DNA of 63,496 bases, counting the filler, from Octopus bimaculoides (taxonomy: Eukaryota): NCBI RefSeq assembly GCF_001194135.2. It is 6 parts of 5 records of this genome, joined end to end, with 100 filler letters (N's around TTAATTAATTAA, not from the genome) between each part and the next. Parts side by side here need not be neighbours in the genome. Positions count along the whole stretch, not along the records: positions 15,941 to 36,820 come from NC_068986.1; positions 36,921 to 45,258 come from NC_068984.1; 4 more parts are not named here. One strand, 5' to 3'. The notes under the pieces are model-generated. The model saw nothing but the letters and a program-made list of their open reading frames with translations, did no database searches and had not been told where the DNA came from. This document shows, piece after piece, positions 25,700 to 38,199 of the stretch (positions are counted from its first letter, which is position 1; every line of letters starts with the position of its first letter). Position numbers and translations under genes: made by a program.

Positions 25700-26200
25700 A
25701 AGGGACTTGATCAGATCTGCTTCAATTATAGTAGGTGAACTGGTTGGAAAGAAAGAGAGGAAATACACGGACAGAATTAACCATGGTGGAAGCGGAGAAT
25801 TGAAGGCGATATTCTAACTTTGTGGATAGATCTGAGCCGCATAGAAGAGTGGTCCAGGGGGCAATGGAAAATGGGGGGGGGATGAGTGCAAGGGCATATC
25901 TTGACACGTAATACCAAATAGAAAAGAAAGGGTTCAAAACTGTCATCGGAACCCGAAAAAAACGCGTGCGAGCAAATACATTAAATGTGCAGCGGTACAC
26001 TGGACTCATATCACAATTCCAGCAAAACCGGTTATTCTCAAATAACCAGAGGGAGTTTTGTAAGGGCTTAGGAGGGATATAAAGATAATACATCTCTTGA
26101 AGCAGAAGAAACCCGGCAATTTTGGAATAACATCTCGAGGCAAGAAGTTTCCCACAATCACAATCGTTGAAAACCACAAGATACGTAAGAGACTTCATTC
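25700..26200 (+). mobile_element. R4-clade LINE fragment (pre-RT region)
   Basis: QRYTGLISQFQQNRLFSNNQREF...AEETRQF, homologous to ORF 39897-40220 (YQQNRLFREDQKRFY). Confidence 0.7.
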
Positions 26201-26886
26201 GGTTATGAAGGAGAGCACACCAGTAGATTCAAAGAAATCAAACTACTAATTTGCATAATATCAGTAGTTAACATTTTACTCAATACCTGCGCCTTGCGTA
26301 TGTTTGAGCCTGTCTGAAGGTGCATGCCTGAGCTATAGTTATTCATCCAAATTAACACGAAAACTTGGACATATGATAAAGATGTCAAATATAAATTTGT
26401 GACGGAAAGATTATAATATAATTGACGGCAAGCATGCGGTCTAACCCTAGTTTGGATAATTTAATACTTCCGAGGTACCGATAGCTATGAAGCATGTAGT
26501 CTGGATTTTACCTACTTTATTACCTAAATTTTAGATGTTTATTAGCATATATCGAGGGTAATCCACAAAGTAAGGTCTCCCAAAATATCTAGAAATCATA
26601 GAAAGGATATTCCTACACCGTGGTCCTTGGATCTCACCTTTACGCATGCGCACACACACACACTCATGTGGGATATATATGTGTGTAAGAGTGCGCGCGC
26701 GCGCGTATAGGTGCTTCTTTACATAAATACATATGTATATATACATATATGCTAATACACAGAAACCCCCTACACATCCGCAACCATATTACACACTCAC
26801 ACACAATATAATGCTTTTACCTGGTTCAAAATTATGACTAGACAGCTTTGTGCGCGCATGTATATGCATGCATGAATGCATATACA

Positions 26887-26922
<36 letters not shown>

Positions 26923-26934
26923 TANNNNNNNNNN

Positions 26935-26971
<37 letters not shown>

Positions 26972-27093
26972 TTAAATATATATGTATATATGTATATATT
27001 TGTGTGTAGGCATATACATATGTATATATATATATACATGGGTATGTATATGCATGCACACATTTTTATACATCGTATACACATATTTATATA

Positions 27094-27140
<47 letters not shown>

Positions 27141-28386
27141 TAATAATAAAATTAACAATAATAATTCATAATGATTGTGAACGTAATGGTCGTATAAATT
27201 GAATGCTCTTTTGAAGTACTACTGGATATATTTCGGTATATGATAAAATAAAAATAAAAAAAAAACAAAAAACAAGCAAGCATAACATGCAATATTTTAT
27301 GAGAGGAACCTTCATAAAAATGAATACCAATGAAATGGAATGAGAACGACAAAAGAAATGTAATATTATTGCTGAATAGAATTCAAGCGTAATGGTATAC
27401 CATTATCTCCATTTTCCCGTGGTACATGCTTTGAATTTTATGAATTAGATTTAGATAACACTGAATTGGTTTAGAGATACTAACATGCATTTCTAAGAAA
27501 GTCAACCATTTTTAATGATATTTTTTCGTTCGTTCATTATGTTTTATTCGAATGTTAATAGGATAATATGCATCATTGTCAATCTGAAGAATCCACTTTC
27601 ATCTTTATGCGGTACGGTTTTTTCGAAATAATTAAAATGCTTCTACAAAGTTTCTTTTTGTATTATGCAGTCAAGAAAGGAAGTGCAAGCCCCACATTTT
27701 GTTTTCACATATAAAGTAATAAATATATAACAGGGTATACCGTCATTTAGTCCCTCTGTCTTATATGAAATAGAGTGCTCAATATAATATATAAATCAAA
27801 TAGTTTGTGTGTATATATACATATGTGTGTGTATGTGTGTCTGCGTAGATGTACGATGATTCATATATACATACATGCATATATGCAGTGCATATGCTTG
27901 TTTCTATATAAGAGAAACACTATACAAATGATATAGTCATGTCAGCATCTGGTAGGCGGGCTCGATGAAAAAATTATAGAGAATTACCAAAAGTAGTTGT
28001 ATAAAAACATAGTACAAGAGGTAAGAAATACATGCAAGCAAATGAAACAGGCAAATATTCTAGGAAAAATAATTATAACATAAAAATGGTAGAATAATAG
28101 TAGTAAGAATTCTTTAGATCATTATCTTACCTATAATCTTGGGTCAATGATTTCACGTTTGATAGGAGCGAATATATCAGAAATAATGTGCTATATTTTG
28201 TATCACTATTGTAGGAGTATAGATAGGAAAAGAGGGAGATTTATGCAATCATATGCCAATGTTTAACTTAAGTTGTTTATGTAAATAACATCTTCGCGTA
28301 ACAAGACACACACACGCACATATGAGTACCTATATATATGTATGTGTATCTATGTGTATATATATATGTATATATATTTATATAGA

Positions 28387-28438
<52 letters not shown>

Positions 28439-28787
28439 CACACACACACATATATATACACACACACACACATTATCGATCTCACGTACTCGGTGTGTTT
28501 TGCCTGGTCACCGTTTCACTGCAATGTCGATTTGCTGACGACACCATCATCGCATTGGGCGTTGAAACACTTGTCATAGACAGGTGAGACCACTCGCCTC
28601 CACTGCCACTTAGGAACGATGGATATAGATATTTCGTCATTTTGATGGTCTGTCAAAATTACGTACCTGAATCGAGCCGGGGATGAACTGAGTCTCCAGT
28701 CTATGTCTGTTTACAAATACAGCGTTGGTTCATCTTTTCCTTACTCAACATACATATTAAAATATATGTTTGAACGATTAAGTTTAA

Positions 28788-28848
<61 letters not shown>

Positions 28849-31177
28849 TGCATACTCACAGACGCACGCAGACATCGTGGCTTCTATTAAAACAATCTAT
28901 CCCCATTATTACTATAGATCATGATACGCACATCTTATTTATACGAATAACTAAATTAAACGTCCATTTAAACAAATTAAAAGATGTTGAAGTACCAGAA
29001 ACATAGAATATATATAATTGCCAATAGTGATATTGAATTTATCTATCTTGCTTTCAACTCCCATTGTATCCCACTATAATGCTTACGTCAAACGTACGTC
29101 AAACCTACATCCACATATGTGAAACTTTAGAGTCTAAATCATTTCTAATAGCGTACACTGTTCTCATCATCAAACAATCCACATTTCGAATGGTTGCAAT
29201 GTTCTTTTATGCAATTTTTAACTGCATTTTTTTAGGGAAATTTTCCTTACTATACCAGATTTCATATATTTTTTCATGTCTCTAAATTGTGTTTTTCTTT
29301 TCTTTTTTAAATGTGTGAATTACCAACACGGAACTGTTAATATAAAAACGATATTCTTATCTTATATCACACCGAAACCCTCGTAGAGATCTGCAATGTT
29401 GTAGATAATTGATACTTATAATCTGCCATGGATTTATTTCGCATAATTGCATACCATGCATTGAATTCAAAAATGATAGCTGGCGCGTTAAACCATTGAA
29501 ACAAAATTACCAATAACGTTTGGACGCGTGCGGGCGGGCGCACGTGTATGTATGTGTGTGTATATGTGGTGCATACACACACATGTACATATACATCTGT
29601 GTACATACATCTATACACGCACACCCGCACTCACACACTGAGGCCTATGTCTATATACTTCTAGCTTCCCTTCCCTTTCCCCACACTACCAAGCCTTATT
29701 CCAACGCCCATCTGTCTCCCATGAACTCTGTTGCAACAGCATTAGCATACACCTGTTACGCACGCGCGCATAAATACTAAAAGCATGCATATATAATTAC
29801 ACATACACACACAGACACACACAGACACACACGTATACACACACATGCATACATGCACACACACACCAGACAAAATCACAACTACGCACGCAATCATACG
29901 TTTATACATATACAATAACGTACATACTTACATAAACAGACCCATACATGCATCTAGAAAGGCTCGCTCACGCAAGTCTATACAGCAAGCACTTACGCAC
30001 ACGTATGTGTGCGCTTACACACACATATACATATACAAGCACACACATTCATACAATCAATAACACATCCACATCTACATACACATACATGTGATATACA
30101 CAGGTATACACACTCGCCGGCCTTGCCTTTGTCTGCTTCCAACTCACTTCAAATGCTCGCGAAGCACCTTTTGATCACCAGGTTCCTGGCCAGCCGCGCC
30201 GTTATAGTCATATATATATATATGTGTGTGTGTGTGTGTATATATATCCACACACATATACGTGCACACACACACGCACATACACACACACTCACAGACT
30301 TATATATATTGATACAAAGGGCTAGACATGAAAAGAATGAAAGAGACCTCGATATTATGTAAATAGAGGAATTTATCTGTAAATATAATGTGGGACAACG
30401 ATTCGGTAGCCATGATAAAACTCCGAGTAGAACTTTCTTTCTATATGGTGTCCGCATACAAGCTGTTTATCTCTCTATACTTTTTACTTATATTTCTTAT
30501 ATATTTTTTTATATACATTTTTACATATTTATAGAGATATTGTTTTATAGTTTTATTGGTCATATTTTTTTTACACATAATTTATCTGTATTCTACCTTC
30601 CATTCTGCATTTTTCCTGTGTGTACATAAACGTGTAAATGGTTTTTTTTTGTGCACGCGTGTGGATGTGTGCGTGTGTGCGTGTATGTGCGTGTACATAC
30701 GTGTGTGCGTGCGTACACGCGAGTATATAGACGTGCTTTACGCTTATTGCTTATTTTTTTTTTCACATTTTACTCATTTTTTTTTGTATTTTGCCGTTCG
30801 CCCTGTTTTTCCTTGTGCATGTGCGTATATAGACCTGTGTATGAACCTTTTTTGTGCGTGTGTGTGTGTGTGTGTGCGAGCGTGTATGCAGGTATGTATA
30901 TGTTTTTGGGCGAATGTGTGGGTGAGCATGTGTGTGTTGCAAGTGAGGGTGGATGAGTATATACATATGGGCACGTGTACGTGGGTGAGCGGCCGCGCAT
31001 GCGTATGTATGGACATGAGCGCATACGCGATTAATTGAACGTTTTTACTCCCTTACCTTTTGTCCTTCCCCTTACTTAGCGGTCATTTTAATAGTTCTTT
31101 TATCTTAATAACGGTCACTCACTCAGTCATTTCCCTTTGTTTTAACGGTCATTTTCATAGCATTTTTTTGATGGCCC

Positions 31178-31238
31178 GATAACTGAAGAGATGCCGGCGT
31201 GGGTTACCGCCCCGACATCCGAAACTCGGAGATTTATC
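31178..31238 (+). ncRNA. Hammerhead-ribozyme-like motif (U16.1A, probably inactive)
   Basis: GATAA-CTGAAGA-GATG...CATC-C-GAAA-CT cgg AG-A-T-TTATC; paralogue at 43782-43842. Confidence 0.55.
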
Positions 31239-31313
31239 ATGGCTACCGAATAATTGTCACATATTATATTTACATCTCTCTCTCTTTCTCTCTCTCTCTA
31301 TCTCTCTCTCTCT

Positions 31314-31358
<45 letters not shown>

Positions 31359-32419
31359 CAATAAGGATATTAAAACTCTTGTAGGGATATTCTATCCAAG
31401 ATACACTGCTTTAATATATTATATTTTGAAGATATATTTCCCAATAAATAAATTCATATAAAATATCATTAATGAGTTCGAAAACAGTGAGGTCTGATGG
31501 ATACAAATGAATTTATTCATTAGTTAACATATTCACCTACAATTGTTTCATTTCACAAGTAAAATTATAATTACAAAAGATATATAGATATATAATTTTG
31601 CATTTTAATACCTTATATGGAAAATCACATACAATGATTACATTCAGATACGTTTAGAATACTCAGAATATATAGACACGTTTATAATGTGTGTATGTAT
31701 CTGTGTCTTTGTTCACGCGTTAAAATTATTATTTTTATTTTTAATTCAATAAAAATAATAGTAATCATAAATAATGGGTTATAGTATATGAGAGTAAAGA
31801 AATATAATGAATAAAATAAAGGAAATGTGAAATAAATTTATGTTCATGGAATAAAATAGAATAATATTGAAACAATAGAATAATACTGAAACAATCATGT
31901 TTTTATTTGCGCATGTGCTTACGTGTATATATACACGCGCAATAATATAGATGTCAATTGTTTATCCGTCAATATATACGTGTGTGGGTATATATATTTC
32001 TTTCCAAGTTGCCTCTTTCGGTATATATGCATATATGAGCAAAAATAAAATAAAAATAAGATAAAAATGAAAAATGAAATAAGAATAAAAATAGAAATAA
32101 TAAATTAAGTTACAAATAAAATAAATATGTAATAAAATACAGTAAATAATGTAGAATGTATTGAAGTGAAATAAATTGAAATAAATCTATGTTCATGTGA
32201 TTACGTGTGTGCTTATATATGTGTGATGAATTGCATATATACATATTAAATAAGTATGGATGTTCTTGTTTAGTACTATTATGTGTGTGTGTTTTCTTCC
32301 TAAGTTATTATATTAGTTCTTAAGTATGCATTCATATTGGTGAAAGGGTAATTAATTATATTATCACTTATATTTAGATATAAAAGTATGTTTACTTTTG
32401 CGATCGTGTATGTGCATGG

Positions 32420-32452
<33 letters not shown>

Positions 32453-33024
32453 GGTGTGCGTATGTGTGTGTGTGTGCGTGCGTGCGTGTGTGTGCGTGCA
32501 TATTCAGATATTTTGTTCTAAAGTTATTCCATTAGTTCTTAAGTGCATGTGCACATTATTGAAAAGTACATATGTTAATGCTTATATTTATTACTAGTTA
32601 TTATATTATAAAATCATATATTAATACGTTTATATATACGTTGGGAGGGAGCACTTAATATTTAGAGTTGGGCCGACTCTATACATTTATGACTATTACG
32701 TTGATTTATTTGGTGTATTGATTTCATTGATAGCTTTATAGTATTTGTATCTAAATTAAAATGTATGATGTTATACCATTAATTAATAAACATAAATACT
32801 CAATATTAATATTACTATGGCTATTAAACTGATTTTTAAGTATTATATAACATAACATAGTGTATGCTATTTATGATTATATTATGTTATATTTAACATA
32901 TGTTTGTAAGTACAGTTGTATTAAGTTATACAAATTCTACATAAATTTTAAATTCATATCTTCCTAAAATTTGTATTAAAATTAAAATGCATCATAATAT
33001 TTGGTTAATTAATAAATGTCAATG

Positions 33025-33095
<71 letters not shown>

Positions 33096-33449
33096 GCATA
33101 TATTTAAATATTATATAATATAATGTAGCATATAGTATATATATTTATACTTTTAACCAATCATGGTTAATATTCCGGCTTATTTTTAAAAGTAGTTATA
33201 TTATCTGATACATAGTAAAGATTCATATTTGATATTATTGAAACGAAATTCAAGCATTATACAATATAATATAGTATATGTTATTTATAATTGTTATTTC
33301 CAATAATTTAATTTTAATTGATATTTAGGTTAATCACAAGTTAATGTTGGTTACATTTATTATTTATTTAATAAATTTATTTGATTTTCTAAAATTTTAT
33401 TTATATTAATCACAACAAATTAACATATTCATCTTCTCCAAGTTAATCA

Positions 33450-34780
33450 ATTGCGTTTAGATGGTATATTCTTTAATGCTTACTCCTTATTTTATATCTT
33501 ATTTATACTCATAATTTTCATTTCTATAGACATATTACGAATAGTGGTAGCATGTATGTACTTTCGATTCTCAGTTTAATATTAATCGACTAATTAATTA
33601 GATTTCCGAAAAACATATTTCCAGTAGTGGCAAAACGCTAAAGTATTTTCTTTTATAATTTATGTTTAGATTTTATTATTTGAAAAGTCTGTTCAGTGCA
33701 ATCCGAAACATGGTAAGCCATGGCATGGCTTACAACCGCCGAGTTAATCGTATAATCTTTTCCATTATCCTTTAGCATCCATATAAATTTTCTGAGACTA
33801 GTATTATTAATCTTATATTTATTTCTAAGACAACTTTCATGGTTTGCGATTCTTCGTTTAAATCTAGTTACGGTCGAACCTATGTAATGGTATCCCTTCT
33901 GTTTAGATTTAACTATACACCTATATAACAAGTTATCTTGTTTATAATTATTGTTAAGTTTACAATTTTCTTTAATCCTATATCCACAATTCATATTAGC
34001 GTTATTGTTATAAATAAAATAAATAAAAACAAAAACAAACGAACATGTATTAACAGAGGATATAGATAATACAGGCACTCCCCATATACACATGCACTTA
34101 CAAAAACGTAGACACATAGAAGGATACGCATGTATAGACACATACAATAGGAATACAAAACATAAAATGGTTGATCGTTAGCAAGGTGAGACACACATAA
34201 GAAAGAAGAAAGCAAAGGACCACTGATTAGGTCACAGAAGTGTGACAAAAGAACTCTGGTCGAAATTGGATTAAGGTAATATAATGTAATATAAAGCTGA
34301 AGCAAATTAACACCAAATATACAGTGCGTGTGTTTTTATTGGCAAACTGGCAATATGACCATCCCCAAGTATAACAACATCTGTTTCAACACACGATTTC
34401 ACATCAAACTTAAAAAATCTTGCAAAACAAGTATGTAAACGGAATTAATAAAATTATTTTAGTTTCCATTTGTCTATTATTAGGGATAGGAAGAGAGCGA
34501 ATATCGGTTATATGCCTCTGTTATTGTAACTTACCATAACAACTTTTTTATATAAGTTACAGCTTCTATGAAAAGTATGAAATTTTCTATTATTAATTGA
34601 GGATATAAATGCAAACAGATTCTTCGATAGGGAATGACCAACTCTTATAGATTTAGAATTAATGATTTCACTATACTTATTTAAATGTTTCCGTATTGAT
34701 CAGTAAATGGATGTGACTATTCAGTTTTTAATTTGACTTGGAAAATAGATGATGAACAACCAAGTATTTGTGTTATTAAA
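33450..34780 (-). mobile_element. Penelope-like element remnant with GIY-YIG endonuclease
   Basis: ORF 33653-34147 has NLLYRCIV...HYIGST..RFKRRIANH...NTSLRKFIW; a linker-like frame lies at 34590-34780. Boundaries approximate. Confidence 0.75.
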
Positions 34781-34891
34781 ACACTCATATGAAGTGCATA
34801 TGCGAAACACATAGACATGCATCGAACACGCATGCATGCACGCACACTCACACACACACACAGACACAGAGACNNNNNNNNNNCGCACACA

Positions 34892-34929
<38 letters not shown>

Positions 34930-35165
34930 TACAGACACAAACGGATGCGCATTTTGAGATACACATCATAGAAGGGCAGAATGGACATAGCGGAGTAGGA
35001 GCACACAGGAGGACGGAAAGTGTCACTGAAGAGGTCACAGATGTGTAACGAAAGATTTCCGGACAACGAACAAGAGTTAAAATAAGACTAGTAATAAACG
35101 AGTGAAGAACGATTATATAGCATTTATTTGTCACTCCACCCCATCAAAAATGGCGATCCTGATAT

Positions 35166-35203
<38 letters not shown>

Positions 35204-35485
35204 NNNNNNNNNNNNNNNNNNNNNNNNNNNNNNNNNNNNNNNNNNNNNNNNNNNNNNNNNNNNNNNNNNNNNNNNNNNNNNNNNNNNNNNNNNNNNNNNN
35301 NNNNNNNNNNNNNNNNNNNNNNNNNNNNNNNNNNNNNNNNNNNNNNNNNNNNNNNNNNNNNNNNNNNNNNNNNNNNNNNNNNNNNNNNNNNNNNNNNNNN
35401 NNNNNNNNNNNNNNNNNNNNNNNNNNNNNNNNNNNNNNNNNNNNNNNNNNNNNNNNNNNNNNNNNNNNNNNNNNNNNNNNNNNNN

Positions 35486-35521
<36 letters not shown>

Positions 35522-36107
35522 TCACACACACACAAATTATCATAATTAGCAATAGAACAGCCAAACAGTTTACAAATTGATTACAAATACAAATAGTAGT
35601 TAAACAACACACAGATACCCTATATGATATAAGACTCATCCCATCATAATAAGCTGCAGAATCATATATTATCATTACTTCGACACTAAGTGTACGCTCT
35701 CTGTCTCTCTCTCTCTCTCTCTCTATCACGCACACACGCGCATGCGCGTACCTGCTCTCCAAATACGTCTTTGCCATTCATTCTGAAGCATAGTAGACTA
35801 ACAAAAATCATGCGCAAACTCATAATATTAAGGAAAAAAACTTTTTCGAAACTTCTAATTGAGAGGAACGTTCAATTGAATTTACAATAAGATACGAGAA
35901 AGTATGGGTTTAATAGGCTTTCTCACGCAGAACTTTCGAAATGAGTTCTAAATATATATCTGATTAACACAATAATTCCCCATGCTTTTCCTCGTTCCAT
36001 ACATGTTATTCCCACATGATTCAATTTATATGTATTTATTTGGTTGCCATTAGCCAATGTCAAAAATGTAACATCTACGATACCACTTCCTCAAGACAAC
36101 TTAGCAC

Positions 36108-36201
<94 letters not shown>

Positions 36202-36581
36202 CCGATACAATTTATCCTCGTCTCAGACGTGTAATTTTCATAGTTGGAATGCTTTCAGCCATTGACCAATTCAATGTTTACCTGATGCTAAACTAAAACG
36301 ACAATAACGACGAGAAAGCTTGGTCATACCTCGTTACTTGACCTGAAGGGAAAAATACAAACCGGAGTGTTTTCTTGGCAGCCTGTCTTCGCGATGCGCA
36401 AAAATATCAAGAAAATATCAGACCAAATGTAAATGTGCTTGTTTATATATACACACAAACACATCAATATATGTCTGTCTGTCTGTCTGTCTGTACGTAT
36501 GTATATATGCATATATGCATGGATGTATGCATGTATGTATGTATGTATGTATAAATGTATGTGTGTGCGTGTGTATAGACG

Positions 36582-36624
<43 letters not shown>

Positions 36625-36864
36625 CGTATGTGTATTTCGTGTGCAAGATTCTTGATGTGGATACGTGTGTTGAAAGAAATACAATTAAACCTTGGGAGAG
36701 GCATTATGCCGGTAATAAACACACGCACTGGTTCAGTCCTTTATCAATTTATATAGATTTTTTTTTTGTAAAATAATTTAACAAAAAACTATATAAATTA
36801 ATAAAGGACTGAACCAGTGCNNNNNNNNNNNNNNNNNNNNNNNNNNNNNNNNNNNNNNNNNNNN

Positions 36865-36876
36865 TTAATTAATTAA
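36865..36876. other. Artificial gap linker TTAATTAATTAA
   Basis: Same 12-mer centred in an N gap. Confidence 0.95.
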
Positions 36877-37480
36877 NNNNNNNNNNNNNNNNNNNNNNNN
36901 NNNNNNNNNNNNNNNNNNNNATATTTATATATATATATACATATAAATGTATATGAATACATAAATGTGTTTGTGTGTGCATGTGTGTGTGCGCGCGTGC
37001 GCGCGCGTGTAAATGCCCACATATTTAGGCATATTTATTTATGTATTTTTTATTTGTTTATTTATTTATGTGTTTCAGCCAAGTGGCTGCGGTCATGCTG
37101 GTGCACCACCGTGGCTGTATACATATAGATAAGATATGCATGTGTGTAATGGTTGGGATGTCGGGTGCACGGAGAGGTGGACGGTGGCTGTGTGGTTTAT
37201 CAGTTGAGATGCAACTAAAAACCATCCTGAAACGCTCCAGGACCTCACCCTCAAAATGTGTGTCACGTGGTCGCAGCCATTATGGTTGATATATTCGAAG
37301 TCCAATTGAACTTTCCAATCATTCCCAACCATTACACCATACAGCTGGATCTCGGAAATTCTATTTCTTGTTTGTTTGTTTGTATGTTTGTTTTTGGTGG
37401 GGTTTTTACATTAGCTTCTCTAACTCAACACTGCATACTAAGAAAACACTCCTGCTATTATATAGTGCTTCTGTTGTCTA

Positions 37481-37930
37481 TAATTCTTTCTACAGGGCAC
37501 AAGGCCCTGAAATTTGACATGACGGAGCTAGTGAATTATATCGCCTTCGGTGCTTCGATGGTTGTTATATAATCGAACCCGAAAGGACGAAAGATAAAGT
37601 CGACCTCGGTGGAATTTGAACTCAGAATGTAAGGACGGACGAAATGCCACTAATCATTTTGTCCGGCGTGCTAACGATTCTGTCAGCTCTCCGCCTTAGC
37701 AATAATTATAATCCTTTCTACTATAGGCACAAGACCTGGAATTTGCTTGGGAGGGGACTAGTCGATTACATCGACTCCAGTGATCAACTGGTACTTAATT
37801 TATCAATCCCGAAAGAATAAACGGCAAAGTCGACCTCTGCGGGATTTGAACTCAGAACGTAGCGACGGGCGAAATACCGCTAAGCATTTCGTCCAGCGTG
37901 CTAACGATTCTGCCAGTTTGCCGCCTTAAC

Positions 37931-38003
<73 letters not shown>

Positions 38004-38193
38004 TTTTCTACTATAGGCACAAGGTCTGAAATTTGTGGGAAGGGGCTAGTCGTTTACATCGACTCCAGTGTATCACCGGTACTTAATCTATCGACCCCGA
38101 AAGGATGAAAGGCAAAGTCGACCTCGGTGGAATTTGAACTCAGAACGTAGTGACGGGCGAAATACCGCTAAGCATTTCGTCCAGCGCGCTAAC
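37481..38193 (-). mobile_element. Three head-to-tail SINE family C copies
   Basis: Copies at ~37481-37695, 37711-37925 and 38003-38193, separated by AAT repeats. Confidence 0.9.
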
Positions 38194-38199
38194 GGTGGT

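Noticed and set aside
34235-34290. CTGATTA...GAAA hammerhead-like string
   Set aside because: G8 is lost, stem II needs bulges and stem I does not pair.
37481-38193. CRISPR-like repeat-spacer array
   Set aside because: Units are ~200-bp SINEs separated by microsatellite; eukaryotic context, no cas genes.
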